Source: Octopus bimaculoides (Eukaryota). From it: a DNA stretch of 64,000 nucleotides. The stretch spans positions 87,326,751 to 87,390,750 of the forward strand of contig NC_068982.1 in NCBI RefSeq assembly GCF_001194135.2. The letters are read 5' to 3'. How positions within the stretch are numbered: the first letter of the stretch is position 1; each line of letters opens with the position of its first letter. The notes below the pieces were generated by a model. It saw only the letters and a program-made list of their open reading frames with translations, was not told the DNA's origin and made no database searches. The translations under genes were made by a program, and so were the position numbers. Below are positions 52,871 to 64,000 of this stretch, piece after piece.

Positions 52871-53523
52871 TAAAAAAAAAAAAGTGATAATTTAATTTTC
52901 ATTTATTTCGTCATATATTTCGTAATTTTGTATTTTATTCTGTTCTAAGTCATTTTTCTATTGTGTACATCTGTTTAGTTTTTCTAAAGAGAAGTGTGTG
53001 TATGCATAGCTTTTGCAATCATATTGAGAAATTAGGAGACATTTGTAAAATTCATGTGATTAATGTTAAATGTGAACACTTCATTTGAGGTGGGGAGAAT
53101 GTCTATGTGGTTAAGCATGGATGTGTAAGCTACGAAATTCACTTCACAATCACATAGTTTCAGGTTCAATCCCACTGTGCAAGCCCCTGGGCACATGTCT
53201 TCTATTGTAGTCTTTGGCCAGCCAAAACCCTGCTAGTAATTTTCTTCTATTGTAGTTTTGGGCTACCCAAATCCCTGTAAGTAATTTTGCTATATAGAAA
53301 TTTCAAAAAAGCCCACAGATACATACATACATATTTATATGTATGTATGTACATACATGTGTAGATGTAAAAGAAGATGAAGGAGCACTTAAATATTAAT
53401 GGTCAAGGCCAATAAAAGGTTATATGTACAGGGTGCAGTGAATATATTGTCATCTAAATTACGCAAAAATGAAAATAACACTGACATCTCATTTTAACAG
53501 TTATATTTTCCAAAATTACATTA

Positions 53524-53713
53524 TTTACAGTTGATGGATATTTGTCCTCATCTTGTTTGTTGTTAACACATTTCAGCTGATATGCCCTCCAGTCTTCATC
53601 AGGTGTCTTGGGGAAATTTCAAACCTGGGTTCTCATTCCTAAGGTATCCCTTAACTGTCAATAATGTAAATAATGTACATAATTCCTCATCTCTTAAATA
53701 TAGAACTGTATTA
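53524..53713. mobile_element. Short insert of the Penelope 3' terminus with an inverted segment and 14-bp direct flanks
   Basis: Shares sequence with 15160-15310. CCAAAATTACATTA occurs at 53510-53523 and 53714-53727. Confidence 0.7.
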
Positions 53714-54502
53714 CCAAAATTACATTACAATATCTTGAAATACTAAAGAGTAAATTTATTCAATAAAATTGTCACTGACTTCAACCATGGCCTCCAGGGT
53801 GCTTTTATGTGGCATCAATATCAGTGCTTTTTACATGGAAACATATAACTTGACAAAAAGTTATTGTTGGTTTCGCATCTACTATTACACTAGGCAATAT
53901 AGACAATTCATCTTACATGCTGGCCAGAAATCCATAACCTCTTTAAAGCTGGAGGTAAATATAAAAAATTGTTTCAGTCTGTTTGATTGTGAGAAAAATG
54001 AAATGAAAGTACCTTTTCTAAGAGGTAACGAAGAGTTGCCTCTCCTTATATGATTCCAGCCATGGCTGAAGCAGGTGGTCAGCTGTGCTTGTATGTATTT
54101 TCTTGTTATCTAGTATGCAAATGAATAAGACCACATTTCTGAAATGAATTTTCTGTCATGATGGCAGTGATTAAAAATTTCAGTTTGTGAATTCAAAGCA
54201 AATTTTCTACCATGAGGGCAGCAGCTAAATCTTTTTTTTTTTTTTGGTTTTGTTTTTCATCACTAAGCTGATCAAGACTATATTTACTTCTAGCATTTAA
54301 ATGGTTATGTATTTCCAACCAGCGTGTCTGATGGGTTATCCATATTATCGAGTGCAATAGTAGATGTTAAACCAATTTTAACTTTCTGATCAATTATTTA
54401 GCTATATGCCTTAAATGCTCAAGTTCTGTTTTACAGTGTGATTTTCTTTTGACCTATGGACAGCTGACCAATAATATATACATACAGACAGACAGACAGA
54501 CA

Positions 54503-54558
<56 letters not shown>

Positions 54559-54665
54559 NNNNNNNNNNNNNNNNNNNNNNNNNNNNNNNNNNNNNNNNNN
54601 NNNTATATCTATATACATATACATACAAACATACACACACATACATACCACACCACACATACATA

Positions 54666-54712
<47 letters not shown>

Positions 54713-56680
54713 ACAGGAGTCTGTGTTTCTGTGTGAGAGGTCAAAGGCTGTTCCCTGTTGCTATATATTTTCTAGGCCATCAAACCACCAGATGTTACTG
54801 TTTGTTACTTAGTCCCAGATCAGATGAACACAGGATTAAATGTTTACATTCCAGTGATAATTATTCCATCAACATAGTGAATCCAGGACTACATTATCCA
54901 ATATGTACTTCCTTTTTATAAATCAGTAGGGTTTGTTTTGAAGTGTGATTTGGCTACTATTTCTAGCAGGCTAAGTAATTCTATAGGAAGAAGTTTGCAT
55001 GGAATATAAAGATATAAAGAGAAACAAAAGTGAAAAAAACAATACAAAGCAAAACACAAAAGTACATTTTGTTGTTGCGATGATAGTCATCTCTTACTAA
55101 AACATATAATCAGATTTCTTGTGCCAAGATTCTTTACCAAAAGTCTTTGTTATCAACAATGAGATATATTGATCTAGTGAAGCCTTATGTTTTTTCTTAA
55201 GTTTATGTTCTGCTTTTTCTCCTCCTATCTATTTCTGATTTGATAATCAATTCAATCATATTGTTGTTGCCATCCAGTTATAGAATTATTCTTAGAATTT
55301 TGGCTCTCTCGCTGTTTATTGTAATTTCATTTCTAACCTAGATGAAAAATTTCAAAAGTTGAAAGTAGATTTCAATGTTTCTGTATTGTTAATATAACTC
55401 CTCTCTTTCACTGCTAGAATTTCACTGTTACTAAAGGAATTAAAATAACTCTTGTGTACATTGTTAAAATAGAAGATTACTAACAAATTTCCTGCAATGT
55501 TGTGAGGAAATTTAGAAAATTTGATTTGTTGCAGTTGTTGCAGTTATAATGTGTAGTTACAAGTCACAGCAACAGGTATTATAAGCCCTTGGGCAAATCA
55601 GTGCACTGAGCCTTATAGTATTTGTTTATTGACAGCAAGCCACAGTATACGTAGATCAGAAGTGGACCCTTAGATCAGTGAGGCCCCCAGGTAACTGGCA
55701 GTGTCCCTCTGCAGGTATACAGATATACCTAGAGACTGAAGAGATAGTCATACTGGACAACATACCTGAACATTGGCTGACTACTTGAAGGTCATCAAAT
55801 AATAATGACACTCAAGTAGTGAACCAAATGTATAAACATAGCCCACATATCCATCATTTCAAGTAATGTAACAATCTCTCCACAATCCAGTATTTTTCTG
55901 TATGTCTGTTGTGGTTTCCTTTTTAAGTCCCAGGTCAGTCTTGATATAACAGACCTGTGATAAAAGGCATTTAGCAACAATCCTCCTGTCTTTTTCCAGC
56001 ATGTCTCAATGTACATTATTTTAAGATGGTAGGATCTGGTTTGTAGGAAATTAGTTTGCTATTTCTAGCTGGTCAATTACCAGGTAGAAGCTCCCTTAAT
56101 ACAGTAGCTCATCTACTTGTGTCACTGCTGAGACAAGCAAAATGGTATCAGTCACATCACAATAATTACTACTCTTCTGTTAACTGAAGTTCCATATGTG
56201 CCTGTGTTTTACAGGATTTATATTATCTCAATTTAATTAATGAGAGGACAGGCACCAGGATTTACTGTGAAAAATTACCTGTGTCAAACCAGTCTTTTAT
56301 CTTTTACTTGTTGCAGTCATTGGACTGCAGCCATACTGCAGCACCACCTCAAAGGAATTTTATTGAACAGATCAATATGAGTACTTACTTTTAAGCTTGG
56401 TATTTATTCTTTTGTTTCTTGTGCCAAGTTGTTAAGTTAAGAGCAAAAAGTAATACCACTTATCAAGTGGTGTGGGGGTAGGGGCAAACACTGATACACA
56501 CACACACACTGGGCTTCCATACAATTTCCATTTACCAAATTCACTCACTAGCATGCCAATCAGATCAAAATCAAAGAGTGCTTCTATGGACTATTAATAT
56601 TTTCACTCTCGAGAGTATCTTGGTCAGACTATGAACTTTTCAGCCAACCCTCATATGTGTGAATGTGTGTGTGTGTCTAA

Positions 56681-56711
<31 letters not shown>

Positions 56712-56747
56712 GGAAAATGTGTGAAATCCTTGGTACAGTTAGGTATA

Positions 56748-58420
56748 TTTGAAAAAGGAAAAGAATGACTTCACTGGTATTTCTAATCAATTTAATTTTT
56801 TAATAATATAATTTTACTGTTTAGTTTGTAGATCTAGTAAGTTCTTTGTAAACTTTGGTGGGGAGATTTTTTAAAGGTTCCTTGTTAACTTTCCTGGAGA
56901 ACTTTCTTGCATTCATGGGTGGCAGTTGACAAAACTGATCTCTGGTATTGTTGTGCTGTGTCATTCTATATTTAAGAGATTTGGGTGTATCTGTGGTGGG
57001 GTTGGGGTTTGTTAATAAGTGTGAGAGTGAAGGAGTGTTGATGAACAAGAGTTGAAAGAAAATAGTGAATGGTAGAAACAAGGTAATTGATTGAAAGTGG
57101 AGTGGGGAGGTGGTGGGGTGTTTAAGGAGTGTTTTATGAAGGGCTTTCGAAAGTGTCCTCCAGCTGGTTTCATTTGAATAGTTGACCTTTGGTAAAAATA
57201 TAATGGTCAGATGTTTTTCAAATTCTTTTTTTATAGCTGAATTTAGGTGTGTGTCTGGGGGGTAGGGGTAGAGGTTAATGAGGTATAAGGTGTCTTTTGA
57301 TAAAAAGTGATGATAGTAGAGAGAAAGAAATAAGGTTAGTTTTGAAATGTTTGTTAATAGAAATGTATTTTCTTATATTGGGAGGGGAGGTGGGGGAGAT
57401 CATGCTAGCTCACATATTTACTTCCCTACATATAAACATACAAAAAGTAACCTTAAGATCATCAGCATTCTCTCACACACATGCNNNNNNNNNNCCCTAC
57501 ATATAAACATACAAAAAGTAACCTTAAGATCATCAGCATTCTCTCACACACATGCACCTTCGTTTTGGGATCACTACTTTTTTGTTATCTCCCCTTCTTC
57601 TCAACTCGCCTGTTTGATCCTTCTGTCTGGCATTCACCATGATAGATCGCTGACCACTACACTTATATTTTTTTCTCTCCTTGTTTCTTTCTGTGTTCCA
57701 TCTGTTGAAGAGCATAGGCTCAAAACGTTAAAGACTTTCTCTATTCCCGAGCGTTATACTAATACATCCATTTGTTGTTTACACCACTTGTCTTTGTCTG
57801 TTGTTTTTTCATGAATTCTCCTATACACCCATATACACACATGCATACATATACATACATATATACATATATATATTTATATATACACAGGCATATATAC
57901 ATATAGAGAGAATTCACAAAAACAAAAGACGAAGACAGGTGGTGTTGACAACAAACAGATGTATTAGTTAAAAGTGAAAAATCTTTAACGTTTCAAGCCT
58001 ATGCTCTTCCACAGAAAGGAGCACAGAAAGAAACAAGGAGAGAAAATAAAGAATGTGTAGTGGCTACGCATATATACATACATACATATACACATATGTA
58101 TATATATATATATATATATATATNNNNNNNNNNNNNNNNNNNNNNNNNNNNNNNNTATATATATGTACATACATACACACACACATGTATACATGCATAT
58201 ATATACATACACACATTCGATTGTTGAAAAGAAGAACAACCCTTGGAGGTACACTACCATTTCACTAATCCCCTCCCCCCAATGTATATGTGAACTTAAA
58301 AAATCTCTCCACCGAAGTTAACAAAGAACTTACTAGATCTACAAACCAAACTGTAAAATTATATTATTAAAAAATTTAATTGATTAGAACTACCAGTAGT
58401 CATTCTTTTCCTTTTTCAAA
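56748..58420. mobile_element. Nested Penelope-like remnants with two pairs of inverted repeats
   Basis: Outer inverted pair ~56748-56874 / 58296-58420; inner pair ~57655-57822 / 57905-58065. The inner repeat is homologous to the 3' end of the 12.6-14.5 kb Penelope. Confidence 0.7.
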
Positions 58421-58466
58421 TACACACACACACACACACACACAAATATGTATGTATCCATATATC

Positions 58467-58504
<38 letters not shown>

Positions 58505-59197
58505 CACACACACACATGCACACACACTCATAGGCACATACATACACATATATATACATACATATATGCATATATATATGTATGTATATATATGTGTGTG
58601 TGTGTATGTATGTGTGTGTACATGTGTGTGTGTGTGTGTGCATATGTATGTGTGTGTCTTTGTCTTTTCTTTAATGGTACGGTCATTTTGGAGAATCCTT
58701 GATTCTCATTTAAAGTTGGTAGCAATTGACATGAAGCAATTAACTTGCTGTCTTTAAAAGCAGAGATAATTTCAATAACTTTAGAATTCATATTGTATGT
58801 TATTTAATATTCTTTATTTGTCTTTCTTGTTCAAATACATGCCACTGGGTGCTTTGAGTTCTTTTGGCACATTTTCATTTTATTTATCCAAATTACCTTG
58901 GCCATAAATGAATTCTAGTCTTTTGTGTATAAATCAAATTTTCCCATCCTGCCTGCTGAAGATCAGGTGGGACAATTGCTGTGCTGATGACACCTATTGA
59001 GACAGAAACACATGTCCACAGTTGTCCTCTTGTCTTCAGACAACCCGACTGTCTTTTTCTTAATGTTTTTTTTTTTAAATATTTTCTCATTTGGAATTAC
59101 TACCAACTGTTACCAAGTGATGGATCTAACTTCTCTGGAAGCAGAAATTTCAAGAATTTATCTTGTATGCTATTTAATATACCCTTATCCGTATTTG

Positions 59198-59244
<47 letters not shown>

Positions 59245-59318
59245 TGCAGGCAAGTATCTTCTTCTATAGCCTTAGGCTGACCAAAGCCTTGTGAGAGGAT
59301 TTGGTAAAGAAGCCTGTC

Positions 59319-59359
<41 letters not shown>

Positions 59360-60257
59360 TGCGCATGTGTGTGTGTGTGTGCGCACGTGTGTGTGTGTGT
59401 GCACGTGTGTGTATGTGTGTGTGTGTGTATCTATGTGTGTGTGTTTGTAACTGTGTTTGTCCCACAACCACCACCACTTGATAACCAGTGTTGGTGTGTT
59501 TATGTCCCTGTAACTTAACAGTTATGCAAATTGACTAATAGAATACTGCTCCTACCACTCCCTCCCCCAGCTACCCTCTTCTGTATCCTTTTGTCTTCTC
59601 CAGCTCTTTGTTTATCCACTCTTCAGCCCTACCCATTTTTCAGTCATCCCCCTATCCCCTCATTCTCTTTCCCATACAGTCTTGTGAACTGCTCTCCCAT
59701 CCATGCTCTTATAATCACTTTGTACATTAAGGAACAACCTGGGCATCTTATCACTATTATCTATCTCTTGCAGCTCCTACTGAGCATTTTCTTTTTTCTG
59801 TCTCCCTTTCCCATATTAGATGTGATAGCCATGCAGATCCCTCTACAAGAAGCTGCTTTTCCCCCGCCACCCTCATAGTAATCCCCTCATTTCCTAGCAT
59901 CAAAGTGAGCTCCTAACACCCCCAGGGTTCACACTCCTGTGAATTGTGTGGTAACTTCAAAAGTGCAGGTAGCATATAAAAAACACCCAGCCCATGCTGT
60001 AGAGTAGTTAGCATTAAGAAGCACATCCAACCACAGAATCCAAGCCAAAGCAGATACAGGTGAATATGGAGTCTTTGGACACATCAGATCCTATCAAACC
60101 ATGTAACCTATGCCACCATGGAACATGGACTTAACGATGGTAATAATGAACTGATATTTCCTCATATATTCCCATCATATGTGAATTATATACTTTGATA
60201 AATAAATGAAATCATTATTTAGTTATTGATATAATAATAAATGTCTTCACTTTTTAG

Positions 60258-60384
60258 GAAAGACAGTATAAACCAATCTCAACTGTTGATCAACTGGCTG
60301 TCCATTTCACTCTTGATGGTAACATCATCCATAAAGATTCCGATGAGGCAAGGCGACAATTTATGCGAATGAATGTTCCAGATG
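60258..60384 (+). CDS. DNAI1: DNAI1 coding exon 6 (ERQYKPISTVDQLAVHFTLDGNIIHKDSDEARRQFMRMNVPD, ends phase 1)
   Basis: cactttttag|GAA...GATG|gtattt, 127 nt. Matches human [35 protein letters not shown]. Confidence 0.95.
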
Positions 60385-61045
60385 GTATTTACCAAACTTA
60401 TTTTCTCAATTACCCACCCATCAAAAAATACAAAACCTTTAAACAAGCACTCTTTCAGAAATTACTGGCTTTCCCAGCTCTTCAGGAATTCTGTCTTGAA
60501 TTATATTAAATAAAATGGTTTTGATACAAAATGCAAGGTTATATATTTCTAATAAAGGTAGCAGGCCACTCATTTTGGGGCATAATGTAGTTGATTAAAA
60601 CAATCCAGTAATTTAACAAGGATTATTTACATCATATCACATGAGGTCAATAGTTCAAATCTTATGAAGATAATTTTGTCCTATTCTAAAGCAACGAACA
60701 TATCACTGCATACCTCAGTTTGTTTGACTGTCAAAGAGATGCAACAAATATTACAATCAATTTTTCCAACACTTTTGTGAGTCTGTGGATCCACCATCCT
60801 AATAATAGTAATAATGATAATCCTTTCTACTAAAGGCACAAGGCCTGAAATTTGGTGGGACAGGGACTAGTTGATTACATCGACCCTAGTGTTTCACTGG
60901 TACTTAATTTATTGACCCTGAAAAGATGAAAGGTAAAGTTGACCTTGGCGAAATTTGAACTGCGAACATAAGGACAGATGGAATGCTGCTAAGAATTTTG
61001 CCTGGCATGCTAATGATTCTGCCAGCTCACCACCTTCGTAATAAT

Positions 61046-61105
61046 AATGATGATGATGATGATGATGATGATTCCGATGATGATGATGATGATGATGATG
61101 ATTCC

Positions 61106-61141
<36 letters not shown>
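61046..61141. repeat. (GAT)n tract with two TTCC interruptions
   Basis: Directly visible. Confidence 0.95.
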
Positions 61142-61142
<1 letters not shown>

Positions 61143-61390
61143 CAAGTATGTCAGAGACAACATATACTAATGCTTTATAACAGAGGTATGAGGCCAGAAA
61201 TGTTAGTGGAGAGGTTTAGTTGATTAAATTGACTTCAGTATTTGACTGGTACTTATTTCATTGATCAAGGAAGGATGAAAAGCAAATTCATCTGTGGTGT
61301 TGGTGAGTGTGAACTCATAATATAAAAGAATGTAATTGAATCCAGCTCAGTATTTTCTCTTTTGTTTCTCTGATATTGCCAACTAATAAT

Positions 61391-61607
61391 CTTTTCTACT
61401 CTAGGCACAAAGCCCGAAATTTTTGGGGAGGCGGGGGGTGGGGAAGTCGATTAGATTGACTCCAGTACGAAACTGGTACTTAATTTATCGACCCTGAAAG
61501 GATGAAAGGCAAAGTCGACCTCAGCAGAATTTGAACACAGAACGTAAAGCCAGACGAAATACCACTAAGCATTTTGCCCAGCATGCTAACATTTCTGCCA
61601 GGTCACA
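61391..61607 (-). mobile_element. SINE family with GGCGAGCTGGCAGAA head. Related copies: - ~46860-47070, 60820-61035, 61900-62115, 62670-62860, 63545-63750; + ~3265-3400, 6100-6280, 8760-8945, 17270-17475, 41300-41450, 46090-46260
   Basis: Shared core TTCTGAGTTCAAATT...GTCGACTTTGCCTTTCATCCTTTC...AAGTACCAG (B-box-like) and (ATT)n flanks. Confidence 0.85.
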
Positions 61608-61631
61608 ACCTTTATTGCCAACTAATAATAA

Positions 61632-61870
61632 TGATGATTGCTTGCTGCTTACTTGCTTCATGTTTTTGCTTGATGGGGCTGGGGTCATCCCAGGTTAGTA
61701 GTCTCAAAAATGCCATCATGTGTAGATCTGACCAGGTCCACCAGTGCTCTGCATCACTGGCAGTCCTGTGCCAGCCCCTCTGCATCCTCTAAGGTGATGT
61801 CAAGCCTCTGGTGTGGGGCCTTCCACAAAGCCTCTTCCAGCCTGCAGCTGCTGCAATGAATGAGAGTAAA
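61632..61870 (-). mobile_element. RTE-like LINE 3' fragment
   Basis: Minus translation LDITLEDAEGLAQD..RALVDLV resembles the RTE ORF C-terminus (...AQDRxxWRxLV). Confidence 0.5.
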
Positions 61871-62140
61871 GCCCTGACATCATCACTAATAATGATAATG
61901 GATTCAAACTTTTGCACAAATCTAGAAAATTTCAGTGAAAGGGGTTTCAACGATTACATCCTCCTACATGCTCAACTGGTACCTATTTTATTGACCACAA
62001 AAAGATGAAAGGTCAAAATCAACCTTTCCAATATTTTAGCTCACAATGTAAAGAGTTAGAAGGAATGCTACTAAGCATTTTGTTCAATATACTAACAACT
62101 CTATCAGCTCACCACCATAATGATAATAATAATAATAATA

Positions 62141-62372
62141 CTTAGGTATAATTAAAAAATACTCAGACAAATACATAACAAAAATACCAGGACTTACAAA
62201 TATATGTAACATACAGAAAATTGCACTACTGGGTACTGCACACATTCTACGCAAAACACTTTCAATACAGTAAACATAAAAGCACCACAGCAAACCACAG
62301 CACATACCCAAGGCGCACAGAGCTGCGCTCGGTAGTGAAGTGAAAGCACGTTATAAAAATAAAACTACTGAA
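62141..62372 (+). mobile_element. 3' end of an R4/Dong-like non-LTR retrotransposon
   Basis: Translates LGIIKKYSDKYITKIPGLTNICNIQKIALLGTAHILRKTLSIQ*, resembling the C-terminus of restriction-like-endonuclease LINEs. Flanked by (AAT)n on both sides. Confidence 0.75.
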
Positions 62373-62606
62373 CAATAATAATAATAATAATAATAACAAC
62401 AATGGCACTCTTCTTTTTATGTTTCTATTTCTTCTGGAGGAGTTACCTCAATCCTACAAATATTAACCAAAATGAAGTAGATTGATAAGTTTATTTTTTG
62501 AACCCATGGAAGACACACGAGATGTCAAAATATTGTTCACTTGATAACGATGGTACTCTTCTTTTTTTGCTTCTATATCTTCTGGAGGAGTTACCTCTGT
62601 CCTATA

Positions 62607-62669
<63 letters not shown>

Positions 62670-62891
62670 CCTTGAAATTTTGGGGGAGGGGACTAGTTGA
62701 TTATATTGACTCCAGTGTTTCACTGGTACTTAATTTATTGACCCCAAAAGGATGAAAGACAAAGTTGACCTTGGCAGAATTTGAACCAAGAACATAAAGA
62801 CAGACAAAATAGAACTAAGCATTTCGCCTGCTATGCTAATCATCCTACCAGCTCGCCACCTTAAATAATAATAATAATAAAAATAATAATG

Positions 62892-62952
<61 letters not shown>

Positions 62953-63766
62953 TGCCCTGATGCAGTACCAGGCACTGGCTCTCATAACTTCTGATCTTAA
63001 CTGATTAGAAGTGTGACCATGCACATGTTTTGTCTTGGTATAAAAGATGGGCTACAGCAAATATTCTGCTCAGTACCACACATTTGCTTGTCAGTTGCTT
63101 GATCTTAACCAGTCAAGCATGTCCCTTGGTGGCTGATGATATGTGCATCTCTGATCACAAGCAGAAGTAGTGGGGAGCATCATAGCCATGTGTTGAGAGA
63201 AATTCTTTGGGGTTTGAATTATTCACCTCTGGAAACATGGGTATTTCATTCAACATCTTTAAACGAACTTTATTCAGTGAACTTTTGAGTGGAATGGGCT
63301 ACTCGACTTGAAGAAAATTCTAACTGGGCCCCACCTGCAAGGTCATGTGCTGTTTATCTTGATATGAGATCACCATGTTGCGCACATATGGTTGTGATGC
63401 ATGTGCCTGGTATACCCTTATCAGATGGGTAGTCATGATGGGTATGTTGAGCTTTGTATATTTGTACCTCAGTAACACTTTGATGGCATGCACTGGTCTC
63501 TCACGCAATAATAATGATAATAATAATAATAATAATGGTTTAAAATTTTGCCACAAGGACAGCAATTTTGGGGGAGGGGATGAGTTGAAAATACTGAGCC
63601 CGGCATTCAACTGGTACTTATTTTATTGAACTTGAGAGGATGAAAGAAAAAGACAACCTTGGTGGAATTTGAGCTTAGAACATAGCAACGGGCAAAATAC
63701 TGCTAAGCGTTTTGTCCAGTGCACTAATGATTCTGCCAGCTCGCTACCTTATATAATAATAATGAT

Positions 63767-63829
<63 letters not shown>
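62607..63829. repeat. Several (AAT)n arrays (~62607-62668, 62862-62949, 63507-63535, 63770-63829)
   Basis: Directly visible. Confidence 0.95.
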
Positions 63830-64000
63830 CCTTTCCTGCTTGGCACTGATGCCTTTAACTGACATGCTAAGCAGAACTGGATGTGGCTACAAATGCTAGA
63901 GAAAAACAATCAACCATCTCTTGTATATGGATGATCTAAAACCGTATGTTGCAAAGGATAAACAACTGGAAACATTACTACAGACAGTGCATAGATTTAA
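63830..64000 (+). mobile_element. RT fragment of an R4/Dong-like LINE (runs off the window)
   Basis: LSCLALMPLTDMLSRTGCGYKC*RKTINHLLYMDDLKPY has the YMDD motif and an in-frame stop. Begins directly after an (AAT)n array. Confidence 0.8.

Overview
AT-rich, repeat-dense animal genomic DNA with assembly gaps. The SINE families and microsatellite load suggest an octopus genome (inference). Almost all ORFs in the supplied track are microsatellite or transposon artefacts. Two divergent spliced genes share a very compact promoter at ~34.0-34.2 kb. On the + strand are the first six coding exons of axonemal dynein intermediate chain 1 (DNAI1; 34174-60384, continuing past the window): MPSKSLNKKA|STQITGNVDMLRRRMTKIR|DGDDLTETGDADTEDWMH|SKTLVKPDDQLYLTEA|[27 protein letters not shown]|ERQYKPISTVDQLAVHFTLDGNIIHKDSDEARRQFMRMNVPD. 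On the - strand is the first coding exon (33477-33555, MDGMEDSGFDSDPKPVTQTEQLKKIV) of a probable FAM219-family gene; I found no further coding exons for it in 1-33.4 kb. An RFX X-box lies between the two genes. The introns contain several Penelope-like retroelements, repeatedly arranged as inverted repeats or palindromes and carrying minimal hammerhead-ribozyme-like motifs. They also contain R4/Dong-like and RTE LINE fragments, mariner- and piggyBac-like MITEs, a long-TIR MITE, many tRNA-derived SINEs and microsatellites. All calls come from manual reading; repeat boundaries are approximate.
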